NCBI GenBank assembly: GCA_012518265.1
Contig: JAAYST010000021.1
Location: 1-32,000, forward strand
Source of the DNA: Candidatus Methanofrustulum fimipullorum
GTDB taxonomy: Archaea > Halobacteriota > Methanosarcinia > Methanosarcinales > Methanosarcinaceae
DNA: 32,000 bases
Reading direction: 5' to 3'
Of the stretch, positions 15,653-24,266 are shown in pieces. Under the pieces are notes generated by a model. That model searched no databases. It was given only the letters and a program-made list of their open reading frames with translations, and was not told the DNA's origin. Position 1 is the stretch's first letter; every line of letters begins with the position of its first letter. The translations under genes were made by a program, and so were the position numbers.

Positions 15653-16147
15653 TTAAAGTTCATCCAATATCATTTCAATTGCAGGATTAATTGACTTTTT
15701 TACAACGTCCGACAACTCGACACAAATATCGGGAGCAGGCATATTTTCAAACTGACAGCCTATTACAACGACTTCAACACCGAAATTGTCATAAACGTCA
15801 CGAAGCATTCCGGCAAGCGGCATATCGTGTGCGTCCATGTGATATTTTGAAATATTCGGCAAGTCTTCAACTGTCAATCTTTTAAGTGTTCCCGGTTTTA
15901 ATCCGTAGTCGATAATATCGGCAATAATAATTTTTTTAACTGCGGAAGTCTCGTCAATAAGAGAAATTATAAAGTAAGATGCGGCAGTTCCTGCATCGAT
16001 TATGTCAATGCCTTCAGACCTGAGTTTCGGTTCGCTTTCTTTAATTTTATTCATTTCAGCCACAACGGCCGGACCGAACCCGTCATCTCCTAACAAAATA
16101 TTTCCGCAACCCAAAATTAATATTTCTTTATCTAAATAATCCGCCAT
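15653..16147 (-). CDS. frhD: F420-reducing hydrogenase delta subunit / hydrogenase maturation endopeptidase
   Basis: MADYLDKEILILGCGNILLGDDGFGPAV start and an internal DAHDM are typical of HycI/FrhD-type proteases. The track ORF is extended to 16234 through low-complexity codons that overlap frhA. Confidence 0.85.
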   Translation of the reverse strand: MADYLDKEILILGCGNILLGDDGFGPAVVAEMNKIKESEPKLRSEGIDIIDAGTAASYFIISLIDETSAVKKIIIADIIDYGLKPGTLKRLTVEDLPNISKYHMDAHDMPLAGMLRDVYDNFGVEVVVIGCQFENMPAPDICVELSDVVKKSINPAIEMILDEL

Positions 16148-16214
16148 AATTTCCCTACAATTTATTAAAATGCCATTTATTAAAATAATGTTTATAAAAA
16201 TGATATTATTAGAT

Positions 16215-17447
16215 TTACCTGAAGTACTTCTCACTTACAACGTTACTTTCTTCATCCTTTACAATCATGTGCGTTGCACAGGATACACAAGGATCGTATC
16301 CTCTAACTACGTGTTCCGCAAATTTGTAGTGATTTCCTACAGTTGCGTGTCCGATTACAGGTATATTCCAAGTCGTTGCAACGATTGAATTGTAATATTT
16401 TATTTTACCTTTCGGATCAATAACTACAGAGTGTGTATTGTGACCTCTTGGAGATTCGTTCATACCTACTCCGACTTTTTCTCCGTCGCCTACAATCGGT
16501 TCTTCGGAACGCGGTTTACCGTTAAGGTTCAAAATTTCCAAAAGTTCCAAAACGCGATCAATTGTTACAATGATTTCCAATGCACGTGCTTTGTGGTTTG
16601 CAATCATTCCTCTTTCATTAAATCCTGAAAAACGTGTCATTCTGGCACGCGGACCTACTTCCATTAAAGATCCTTTGACTTTCGGAATTAAAGTACAGGC
16701 TCCTTTTGCATATTCTTTGGGATATTCATCGTAAGGTGAAGTTTCAGTAACATCCGCCATATTCAACTGGGTTCTGTCACCGTAAGTCGGGTGTGTTGCA
16801 AGCAAGGGGAAGTCGTGGTATCCCAGATTTTCCGGAATAGGTGTTCCGTCTGCGAATTTCCCTTTGTCGTACAAACCGACCATATAATCTACATGTACTT
16901 CTGCCAACTTTTTATATTCAACTGCTCTGGCTGCAAGTTTGTTTCTTGCTTCTTTTGTTATGTTTTTGGCCATTCCTCCAATAACTACGTTCGGCGGGTG
17001 AATTGCTTCTCCTCCTATTGTATCTACGAAGAACTGACCGATTTTTCTCATTTCCTGAATTCTTTTAACGGCTTCACCCATATCATTTGCCGGAATATAA
17101 TCCGATGAAATTAAAAATTGATGGATAGGGTGTGAGTGCATTCTGTTTCCGAGACTTGTAAGTTCTCTTAAAATCAAACCGTCTTCTGTCGGTGTAATAT
17201 TACATGCATCTTCAATTGCTTCTACTGAAGAAACAGAGTGAGCTGTCGGACATACACCGCAAAATCTTGATACTGCAATAGGTGCGAATTCGGCTGCTTT
17301 TCCAATGAGGAAACGTTCGAATCCGCGCACAGGCGTTACACTTTGGTAATATCCTTGTTCGACAATACCATCGTCGTCAACCAAAAGATTAAGGTTTGTG
17401 TGACCTTCATGTCTTGTTGTTGGTTTTATCTCTACTATTTTACTCAT
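16215..17447 (-). CDS. frhA: F420-reducing [NiFe] hydrogenase alpha (large) subunit, cysteine type
   Basis: N-terminal Ni motif [11 protein letters not shown]-terminal DPCVSCATH followed by a 17-aa extension, the expected FrhD cleavage substrate. GGTGA SD upstream. Confidence 0.95.
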   Translation of the reverse strand: MSKIVEIKPTTRHEGHTNLNLLVDDDGIVEQGYYQSVTPVRGFERFLIGKAAEFAPIAVSRFCGVCPTAHSVSSVEAIEDACNITPTEDGLILRELTSLGNRMHSHPIHQFLISSDYIPANDMGEAVKRIQEMRKIGQFFVDTIGGEAIHPPNVVIGGMAKNITKEARNKLAARAVEYKKLAEVHVDYMVGLYDKGKFADGTPIPENLGYHDFPLLATHPTYGDRTQLNMADVTETSPYDEYPKEYAKGACTLIPKVKGSLMEVGPRARMTRFSGFNERGMIANHKARALEIIVTIDRVLELLEILNLNGKPRSEEPIVGDGEKVGVGMNESPRGHNTHSVVIDPKGKIKYYNSIVATTWNIPVIGHATVGNHYKFAEHVVRGYDPCVSCATHMIVKDEESNVVSEKYFR

Positions 17448-17867
17448 TCAATCACCTGAAAAATGTAGTCATATTGCAAATTAAGTAAAACTCCTTTTCC
17501 ATTACTTTTGATTTTTTTACAATATGAAAAAATCGTTTTTATTCTGTCTTTAAAATCAATAATTTGTACAGAAAACTTCAAAACGTAATTTAAAAAACTT
17601 CAATTATTAAACCATATTATTTGAAGCCGCTTTGAAGCTAGTTAACTCTCAACTTCGGGTTATAAAAAGCTTTTGGTACTAAAAAAACAGGAAAAGATGA
17701 AATTAACAAGAAAACAACCGAAAAATAACACGAACAGTAAATAAAGTAATAAGAAACCGGAAAAATCAAAAAAGTGTTAAAAAATATTGAAAAAAAGAAT
17801 AAAATTATCAAAAAAAAATACACAACATATATATAATAAGACGATATGTCGAATTTTGTTCGTTTCA

Positions 17868-17896
17868 AATTTGAAGTGTTTAAAACACTTCAAATT
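17868..17896. repeat. Perfect 12-bp inverted repeat (AATTTGAAGTGT / ACACTTCAAATT, 5-nt loop) about 90 nt downstream of the sulP stop
   Basis: Read directly. There is no adjacent oligo-T on either strand, so a terminator role is uncertain. Confidence 0.6.
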
Positions 17897-17911
17897 CTCA
17901 GGATTATAATA

Positions 17912-18018
17912 CAGTCCGTTTGTTTACAAACCGTTCCGTCCGTTTATTTATGAACGGTATGTTCGGTTACAAACCGTTCCGTCCGTTTACGAACCTGCCT
18001 GTTCGGTTACGAACCCGC
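17912..18018. repeat. Imperfect tandem array (GGTTYGTAAMC-containing units on the minus strand) spanning the last ~10 codons of sulP and its 3' flank
   Basis: A 23-nt exact repeat TTACAAACCGTTCCGTCCGTTTA occurs at 17924-17946 and 17967-17989. TGTTCGGTTAC occurs at 17960-17970 and 18000-18010. Confidence 0.75.
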
Positions 18019-19669
18019 TCTGCTCCGATATTTTAGCCAAGGCGTCTGTTGTACTCCATAAAAAGGCATCTTTGCCCATATAAGAGATTACGCCTCCTTT
18101 TTCCAAGTAATCGGATACTTGATGCTGAACTCCTGTAAAATATAATTTTATATTTTTCTTTTTGGCGTTTTTACAAAATTCCAGTAGCGTATGCGTTCCG
18201 GTAAAATCTATTGCAGATACACCTCTCATGGAAAGAATAAGAACATCGGCATCTTTTAAAGCGTAATCCAAGCGTTCTCTGACACTTCCCGCACTTCCGA
18301 AAAATAACGAACCTACAATGTATGCTACACGCACTCTTTCATATGAGTCGTGAAACTGCATATTGTCTCTTTTAAGTCTTTCTGGATCAATTTTACTAAT
18401 CGTAACTTCGGCTGTTCCGGAAACTTTTATCGTAAACATAAGCGAACAGAAGGCTATACCGACCAATATGGCAATCGTCAGGTCGAATACAATCGTAGCA
18501 ACCAAAGTAATAAGGAATTCAAGACAGGCAACCTTCATTCCGCTTTTGAATAAGTATTTTATTGTGACCCATTCGTTCATTCTCCATGCCGTAACCATAA
18601 GAACTCCCGCTAAAGCGGCCATAGGTATTTGAGACATAAAAGGGGCAAGCAGAAACATAGAAAGCAAAAGCCCTAATGAATGGAATATTGAAGTAAGTCT
18701 CGTCTGCTGACCCGCTTTTACCGCAACGCTCGTTCTTGCGATAGCGGCTGTTGCCGGAATTCCTCCGAAAAACGGAATAATAATATTTCCTATACCTTGT
18801 GCAACCAACTCTCTGTCGGCATCCATATGCTCGCCCTTCATTCTTCCTGCAGAAACCCCGCACAAAAGAGATTCAACCATACACAAAGCCGCAATTGAAA
18901 ATGCAGGAGTAATCACACCTGTAAGAGTTGAAATGTCGATATCGCCCAAAAACAATCTGTTTTCAGGCAAAAGAGTACTCGGAATAGTTCCGACCAAAGG
19001 AATATCCCATTTAAATATAAAACTGTTTAAAAGGGTAACGATTAAAATAGCAGCAAGCGAAGAAGGAAAAACCTGTTGCCACCTTTTGGGCCAAAGAATC
19101 ATTATAAAAATAACAATAAGTCCTGTCAAAATCGTTAAAACAGAAGGTGCAAAACCGATAGTAAAATATGAAAGCAATTTTTGAATGGCAGTTTCGCCAA
19201 CGGAAACAGTCCCAAAGAAATTATCTATTTGACCCAAAGCAATAATCACGGCTATACCGGAAGTAAAACCGGTTATAACAGAAGTAGGTATTACTGAAAC
19301 AACCCTTCCGACTTTAAATATACCCGCTATAACCAACAAAATTCCTGCCAGAAGAGTAGCTAAAAAAACACCCTGTAAACCAAATCTTGCAGCAATTGTA
19401 ACCAATATAACGGACATTGCCCCGGTAGGACCTGAAATTTGATAAGATGAACCGGACAACAAACCGATTACAATACCGGCAATAATTGCTGTAATAAGAC
19501 CCGCCGCCGCATCGGCGCCGGAACTGACTCCGAAAGCAAGAGCCAAAGGCAAAGCAACTGCAGCAACAGTAACGCCTGCCATAAGATCTTTCGAAAGTTT
19601 TGCCCGATCGTATTCTCTAAATTCCCGCTTCAAATCACTATAATATTTTTTAATCACAGAACCACTCAC
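17987..19669 (-). CDS. SulP family inorganic anion transporter with C-terminal STAS domain
   Basis: 560 aa with a long, glycine-rich polytopic membrane region typical of SulP, then a soluble STAS-like tail (VLILSMRGVSAIDFTGTHTLLEF). Confidence 0.9.
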   Translation of the reverse strand: MSGSVIKKYYSDLKREFREYDRAKLSKDLMAGVTVAAVALPLALAFGVSSGADAAAGLITAIIAGIVIGLLSGSSYQISGPTGAMSVILVTIAARFGLQGVFLATLLAGILLVIAGIFKVGRVVSVIPTSVITGFTSGIAVIIALGQIDNFFGTVSVGETAIQKLLSYFTIGFAPSVLTILTGLIVIFIMILWPKRWQQVFPSSLAAILIVTLLNSFIFKWDIPLVGTIPSTLLPENRLFLGDIDISTLTGVITPAFSIAALCMVESLLCGVSAGRMKGEHMDADRELVAQGIGNIIIPFFGGIPATAAIARTSVAVKAGQQTRLTSIFHSLGLLLSMFLLAPFMSQIPMAALAGVLMVTAWRMNEWVTIKYLFKSGMKVACLEFLITLVATIVFDLTIAILVGIAFCSLMFTIKVSGTAEVTISKIDPERLKRDNMQFHDSYERVRVAYIVGSLFFGSAGSVRERLDYALKDADVLILSMRGVSAIDFTGTHTLLEFCKNAKKKNIKLYFTGVQHQVSDYLEKGGVISYMGKDAFLWSTTDALAKISEQSGFVTEQAGS

Positions 19670-19947
19670 TTTTTAAAAAAAATCACGTCTTTATATAAAA
19701 TAAATAAATAAATAAACATATTTATATGCACATATATACAATAAATATATAAAAATAAATATATGAATGTAAATATATAAAATAGATATATATTATGCGA
19801 AATATACCAAACCGCTTTGGGTAGGATAAAGAGCGCAAGCATAAATATATTTTACGTTTTTCATATAAAAAACATGCCGGTTTTATATGGAAAAAAAAAC
19901 ATGCTGAACGTGAAAAGCATGTTTAATTTTAAAAATAGAATGTTTTA

Positions 19948-20014
19948 CAACAATATGTTAAACATATATAAATGTGAGTGAAATGAAAAAAAAATGTAAT
20001 TTAACATATTGTTG
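19948..20014. repeat. Perfect 15-bp inverted repeat separated by 37 nt, 55 nt downstream of the pstB stop
   Basis: CAACAATATGTTAAA (19948-19962) and TTTAACATATTGTTG (20000-20014), read directly. Confidence 0.7.
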
Positions 20015-20068
20015 AAGATAGAGATATTGTATTTATTATAGACAAGTAAAACGTATAGGGTTAGCCGA

Positions 20069-20818
20069 TTAGCCGAATCTTCCGCTAACGTAATCTAAAG
20101 TTTCTTTATTATCCGGGTTCTTAAAGATTTTTTCTGTCGGTCCGAACTCTAACATTTTCCCTAAGTAGAAAAACGCCGTCATGTCTGAAATTCTTACCGC
20201 TTGTTGCATATTGTGAGTTACAACTACGATAGTATAATCTTTTTTAAGTTCCATTATAAGTTTTTCTATTTGGTTTGTAGAAATCGGATCCAAAGCACTA
20301 CAAGGTTCATCGAACAAAATAATGTCAGGTTTTACGGCCAATGTTCTTGCTATACAAAGTCTTTGTTGCTGACCGCCGCTTAAACTCATTGCATTTGTTT
20401 TTAAACGGTCTTCTACTTCATCCCAAAGAGCACTTGCCCTTAAAGAATCTTCAACAATTCCCGGCAATTGACTTTTAGGAACACCGTGAATTTTTGGACC
20501 ATATGCAATATTGTCATATATAGACATCGGAAACGGGTTTGCCTTTTGAAAAACCATTCCGACCTTTTTCCTCAGTTGAGCAACATTTACAGATTTGTCA
20601 TAAATATCCGTATCATTGATCGTTATGGAACCTTCAACTCTACAGTTTGGAATAGTATCGTTCATTCTGTTAATGCAACGCAAAAATGTGGATTTACCGC
20701 ATCCGGAAGGACCAATTAAAGCAGTTACACTTTTATGAGGAATTAACATTTCAATATCATATAGTGCTTGGTTGGAACCGTACCACAAATTTAAGTTCTT
20801 AACATCTATATTAGTCAT
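20069..20818 (-). CDS. pstB: Phosphate ABC transporter ATP-binding protein
   Basis: Walker [10 protein letters not shown], signature LSGGQQQR, Walker B ILFDEP. Size and N-terminus are PstB-like, and the gene follows pstA. Confidence 0.95.
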   Translation of the reverse strand: MTNIDVKNLNLWYGSNQALYDIEMLIPHKSVTALIGPSGCGKSTFLRCINRMNDTIPNCRVEGSITINDTDIYDKSVNVAQLRKKVGMVFQKANPFPMSIYDNIAYGPKIHGVPKSQLPGIVEDSLRASALWDEVEDRLKTNAMSLSGGQQQRLCIARTLAVKPDIILFDEPCSALDPISTNQIEKLIMELKKDYTIVVVTHNMQQAVRISDMTAFFYLGKMLEFGPTEKIFKNPDNKETLDYVSGRFG

Positions 20819-20946
20819 TAAAAGACAGAGCTCCTTGAATTTAAATCGATTATAGTGATCTATATATTTTTATTTATTTATTTTTATTTTTTAATTTATT
20901 TTTAAACATTTTTATATTAATCGCATTATTTGTAATTATTTACGTA

Positions 20947-21819
20947 TTATGCTCCGATTTTCATTTTCTTTCTTTGTCTTTGTCTTATAAATATAGCTAT
21001 TAAATTAAGAGACAAAACGAGAATCAAAAGAACGAGAGCCGTTCCGTATTGTATCGGTTCCAACTTTTCCATATTGGTTCCTGATGTTGCCAAAACGTAC
21101 AAATGGTACGGAAGTGCCATAAATTGTGAAAGGGGGCTGTCCGGAAGTACGGGGTGGAAATATGCCACACCGGTTAACAATATCGGTGCGGTTTCACCTG
21201 CAACACGACCTATTCCGAGGATAATTCCCGTCATAATACCGGGAGCTGCTATCGGAAGAACAACTCTTATTATAGTTTCTACTTTTGTAACACCTAATGC
21301 AAGTGAGCCGTCTTTCAATTCTTTAGGAACAACTTCCAATGCTTCTTGAGTTGATCGAATAACAACCGGCAAAACAAGCAATCCCAAAGTTAAAGCGGAA
21401 GCAATAAGTGACGGGCCGAAATTTAAGTACTTAACGAAAAGTGCAAGACCGAAAAGACCGAAAACGACAGAAGGTGTTCCGGCAAGGTTACTTATAGCCA
21501 TTTCAATTAACCATTTCAATTTGCCGGGCCTTGAATATTCAGTCAAATAAATTGCTGTAAGAACTCCGGTAGGAATTGAAAAAAGCATTGCGCCTACTAT
21601 CAAATAAAATGAACCAATAATAGCAGGGAACACACCGCCTTCAGTCATTCTGTTTTTAGGACTTTCAAATATAAATTCAAGTGAAAGAGCACTATATCCG
21701 TTTATGAAAATATAACCGAGTATAACGACAATAAACAAAAGAACCAACAGAATAGAAACTCTCAAGAAGAAAAATGCTATTTTTTGATTCCTGTCTGCTG
21801 CTGTAGTGACATTTTTCAT
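20947..21819 (-). CDS. pstA: Phosphate ABC transporter permease PstA
   Basis: 290 aa, 6 TM, with the permease loop SLALGVTKVETIIRVVLPIAAPGIMTGIILGIGRVAGETAP. Position in the pstSCAB order supports the call. Confidence 0.9.
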   Translation of the reverse strand: MKNVTTAADRNQKIAFFFLRVSILLVLLFIVVILGYIFINGYSALSLEFIFESPKNRMTEGGVFPAIIGSFYLIVGAMLFSIPTGVLTAIYLTEYSRPGKLKWLIEMAISNLAGTPSVVFGLFGLALFVKYLNFGPSLIASALTLGLLVLPVVIRSTQEALEVVPKELKDGSLALGVTKVETIIRVVLPIAAPGIMTGIILGIGRVAGETAPILLTGVAYFHPVLPDSPLSQFMALPYHLYVLATSGTNMEKLEPIQYGTALVLLILVLSLNLIAIFIRQRQRKKMKIGA

Positions 21820-21840
21820 ATAATCATCTCAAATTTATCA

Positions 21841-22761
21841 TCATTGATCCATTAATCTGAATCTTCTTTTCACATAGTCTGCAACCATGTTTATTAAAAA
21901 AGTCAAAATAAACAATACGATACCTACTGCAAATAATGCGTGGTAGTGGTCACTTCCTTGCGGCACTTCTCCCATTTCAAGAGCAATCGTTGCCGTCATA
22001 GTTCTGACAGGCTGAATTATTCCTTCAGGAAACCCGGGGATTATTGCCATATTTCCTGTAACCATCATTACGGTCATGGTTTCGCCTATTGCACGACCCA
22101 TGCCGAGCATAATGGATGCGGTAATTCCCGAAAGTGCGGCAGGCATAACTACTTTGTATATTGTTTGCCATTTCGTGGATCCTAAAGCCAAAGCACCGTC
22201 TTTTAACGACTTCGGAACCGAGCTTATTGCATCCTCCGATATCGATATGACTGTCGGAAGAGCCATAACTCCCAAAATTATCGCTCCGGTAAGTGCGGTT
22301 TGACCTGTTGCAAGTCCGAACAAGTCCTGAATGAGCGGAACCATTACGACAAGACCGAAGAAACCGAATACTACAGACGGAATTCCTGCCAAAATCTCAA
22401 CTACCGATTTTAAAAAGAATGCAGAACCTGGTGACGCAATTTCAGAAATATATATAGCTGATGCAAGACCTATCGGAATTGCAACACACATTGAACCGAA
22501 AGTCACAAGGAGTGTTCCTAAAATTAAAGGTATTAGTCCGAAACGCGGATTTGAAGACGTCGGATACCAATATTCACCGGAAAAAAACTCTAAAAACGGG
22601 TATTTCTCAAAAAAGACAAATCCTTCTCTAAATAAAAATAAACAGAGAAGAAAAAGAGAAAATACGACTATTAAAGAAACTGCACTTAGAGTTACTCCGG
22701 TCCCTTTTTCAACTCTTTCACTTAACACATTATCAGATCCTATAATATATGTTATAGTCAA
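21841..22761 (-). CDS. pstC: Phosphate ABC transporter permease PstC
   Basis: Permease loop GALALGSTKWQTIYKVVMPAALSGITASIMLGMGRAIGETM. The start is uncertain: TTG 22761 (track) or GTG 22728. Confidence 0.9.
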   Translation of the reverse strand: MTITYIIGSDNVLSERVEKGTGVTLSAVSLIVVFSLFLLCLFLFREGFVFFEKYPFLEFFSGEYWYPTSSNPRFGLIPLILGTLLVTFGSMCVAIPIGLASAIYISEIASPGSAFFLKSVVEILAGIPSVVFGFFGLVVMVPLIQDLFGLATGQTALTGAIILGVMALPTVISISEDAISSVPKSLKDGALALGSTKWQTIYKVVMPAALSGITASIMLGMGRAIGETMTVMMVTGNMAIIPGFPEGIIQPVRTMTATIALEMGEVPQGSDHYHALFAVGIVLFILTFLINMVADYVKRRFRLMDQ

Positions 22762-22837
22762 ACAAAATTATCGTAAAACAAAAATTATTGAATCAACCGA
22801 TTAAATCGGTTGTTCAAATAATCGGTTGTTTAAATAA

Positions 22838-23728
22838 TCAGTTGTTCGGGAAATAACCTACTTCTGTAATTATTTCTTTTCCTTCAGAACTCAATACAAA
22901 GTTGATGAAGTTGTCGACTGCTTGGTTTTGTTTGTTTGAATCGGTGTAGAAGAAAAGTTCTCTTGCAAGCGGGTATTTTTGAGCCAATATGTTTGATTCT
23001 TTGGGTTCAACCGCATTACCGTTTCCTTCTTTGTCAAGTGCAAGTCCTTTTGTGGTGTCGTCAAGGTATGCAAAGCCGATGTATCCGATTGCACCTTTGT
23101 TTCTCTGAACTTCTTTGACGATTCCGCCTGTTGTAGCCTGTGCAAGTGCGTCGGGTCTGTAGTCTCCGCCTTCCAATATTTCTTCTTTGAAGTATTCGTA
23201 TGTACCGGAGCTGCTGTCTCTTGTCATTACAGCGATAGTTCTGTCTTCTCCGCCTACATCTTTCCAGTTGCTGATTTTACCGCTGTAAATTGCGTTTAAT
23301 TGTTCGTATGTGAGGGATGAAACAGGGTTTTCCTTGTTTACTATAACTACAATACCGTCCCATGCAATTATGTGTTCTTTAGTGTTTATACCTTTTGCTT
23401 TTGCATTTTCGATTTCGGATGATTTAATGCTTCTTGAGGCCATTGCAATATCGGTTGTACCGTCAATTAATGCTGTAATTCCTACACCGGAACCTCCACC
23501 TGTTACTGAAACAGTTCTGCCGCTGTATTTTTCCATGTAAGTTTCAGCTTCGGATTGTGCCAAAGGAAGAACAGTATCCGATCCTTTAACAGATACACTT
23601 TCAGGAGCGGAAGGGGTGGTAGTATTGTTTGTATTACGGTCATCATCTATACAGCCTGCCGCACCTAATAAAAGAATAGCAGTAAGCCCTATTAAAAATA
23701 ACATTTTGAATTTGTTTGCGTTAGTCAT
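22838..23728 (-). CDS. pstS: Phosphate-binding protein PstS (lipoprotein-type signal)
   Basis: Signal peptide plus lipobox-like LLLGAAGC, then GGGSGVG and TRDSSSGTYEYF phosphate-binding motifs. ATG 23728 is preferred over the track's TTG 23803 extension. Confidence 0.9.
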   Translation of the reverse strand: MTNANKFKMLFLIGLTAILLLGAAGCIDDDRNTNNTTTPSAPESVSVKGSDTVLPLAQSEAETYMEKYSGRTVSVTGGGSGVGITALIDGTTDIAMASRSIKSSEIENAKAKGINTKEHIIAWDGIVVIVNKENPVSSLTYEQLNAIYSGKISNWKDVGGEDRTIAVMTRDSSSGTYEYFKEEILEGGDYRPDALAQATTGGIVKEVQRNKGAIGYIGFAYLDDTTKGLALDKEGNGNAVEPKESNILAQKYPLARELFFYTDSNKQNQAVDNFINFVLSSEGKEIITEVGYFPNN

Positions 23729-23802
23729 AATATTTACTCTTCCAAGTATTACTATTTCTATAATTACAATGGACCACCGGGTTGGTTTTACGAAAATATT
23801 CA

Positions 23803-23872
23803 ACAGATATTCATTAAATATTTAACAGATATTTATTAGATATTCATTAAAATATTTGACATATATTTGTTA
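23803..23872. promoter_or_regulatory. Repeated AT-rich motif (ACAGATATTYATTA; two 23-24 nt copies AGATATTCATTAAA(A)TATTTRACA) upstream of pstS
   Basis: Long copies at 23805-23827 and 23838-23861, with a shorter related copy at 23825-23838. They lie 75-145 nt upstream of the pstS ATG in the divergent intergenic region. Confidence 0.35.
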
Positions 23873-24131
23873 ACCTATATTTAGCCGATAAATCCTACGG
23901 GTAATAATTGACCCGTCTAAGCTATCTAATCGTTGTTTTTTATATATACCTAATCGATATATTATATATAAATTGAAAAAATATATATAGTGGTATGTAT
24001 AATATATATTTTTAAAAAGCCTTATACTGATTGCGTTTTACTACAAACAATAAATGCTTTTCGGTTTATTTTATTTAATTTTCTATAAATATTTACTAAG
24101 ACCTATTAGAGTTTGAAGCAAAATGCTTCCG

Positions 24132-24189
24132 TTTTTAAGATTTCCTAATTAAGATTTTTTAGATTTCTTAATTTTTTTAGATTTCTTAA
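24132..24189. repeat. Three to four copies of T5-7-(A)AGATTTCYTAA upstream of the beta-helix protein gene
   Basis: Copies start at 24132, 24155 and 24172, with a partial copy at 24149. They lie 78-135 nt upstream of ATG 24267. Confidence 0.7.
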
Positions 24190-24266
24190 AAACGTAAAAA
24201 AATAAACAAAACGACAGTAAATAAACAGTAAATAAAACGTAAAAAATAAACTGGATAGGTGAACAG

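Noticed and set aside
16148-16234. N-terminal extensions in the track ORFs for frhD (16148-16234), pstS (23729-23803), ipk (28676-28813) and the small feo protein (2572-2778)
   Set aside because: The extensions start at non-ATG codons or overlap the upstream gene, and they encode low-complexity sequence. Internal ATGs with SD motifs match the family N-termini better.
16287-16289. Checked whether FrhA is a selenocysteine (Fru-type) hydrogenase
   Set aside because: The first Cys of the C-terminal DPCxxC Ni motif is encoded by TGT, not in-frame TGA, so this is the cysteine form.
17638-17868. 76-aa minus-strand ORF in the sulP-frhA intergenic region
   Set aside because: It is a low-complexity F/I/Y-rich reading of an A-rich spacer and has no start context.
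19670-20068. Looked for a phoU gene or small ORF after pstB
   Set aside because: There are only AT-rich sequence and inverted repeats, with no credible ORF. Absence of phoU from this window says nothing about the rest of the genome.
20061-20076. Tandem 8-nt duplication TTAGCCGA x2 that includes the pstB stop codon
   Set aside because: The duplication is real but tiny and does not change the protein. It is probably a trivial slippage event.
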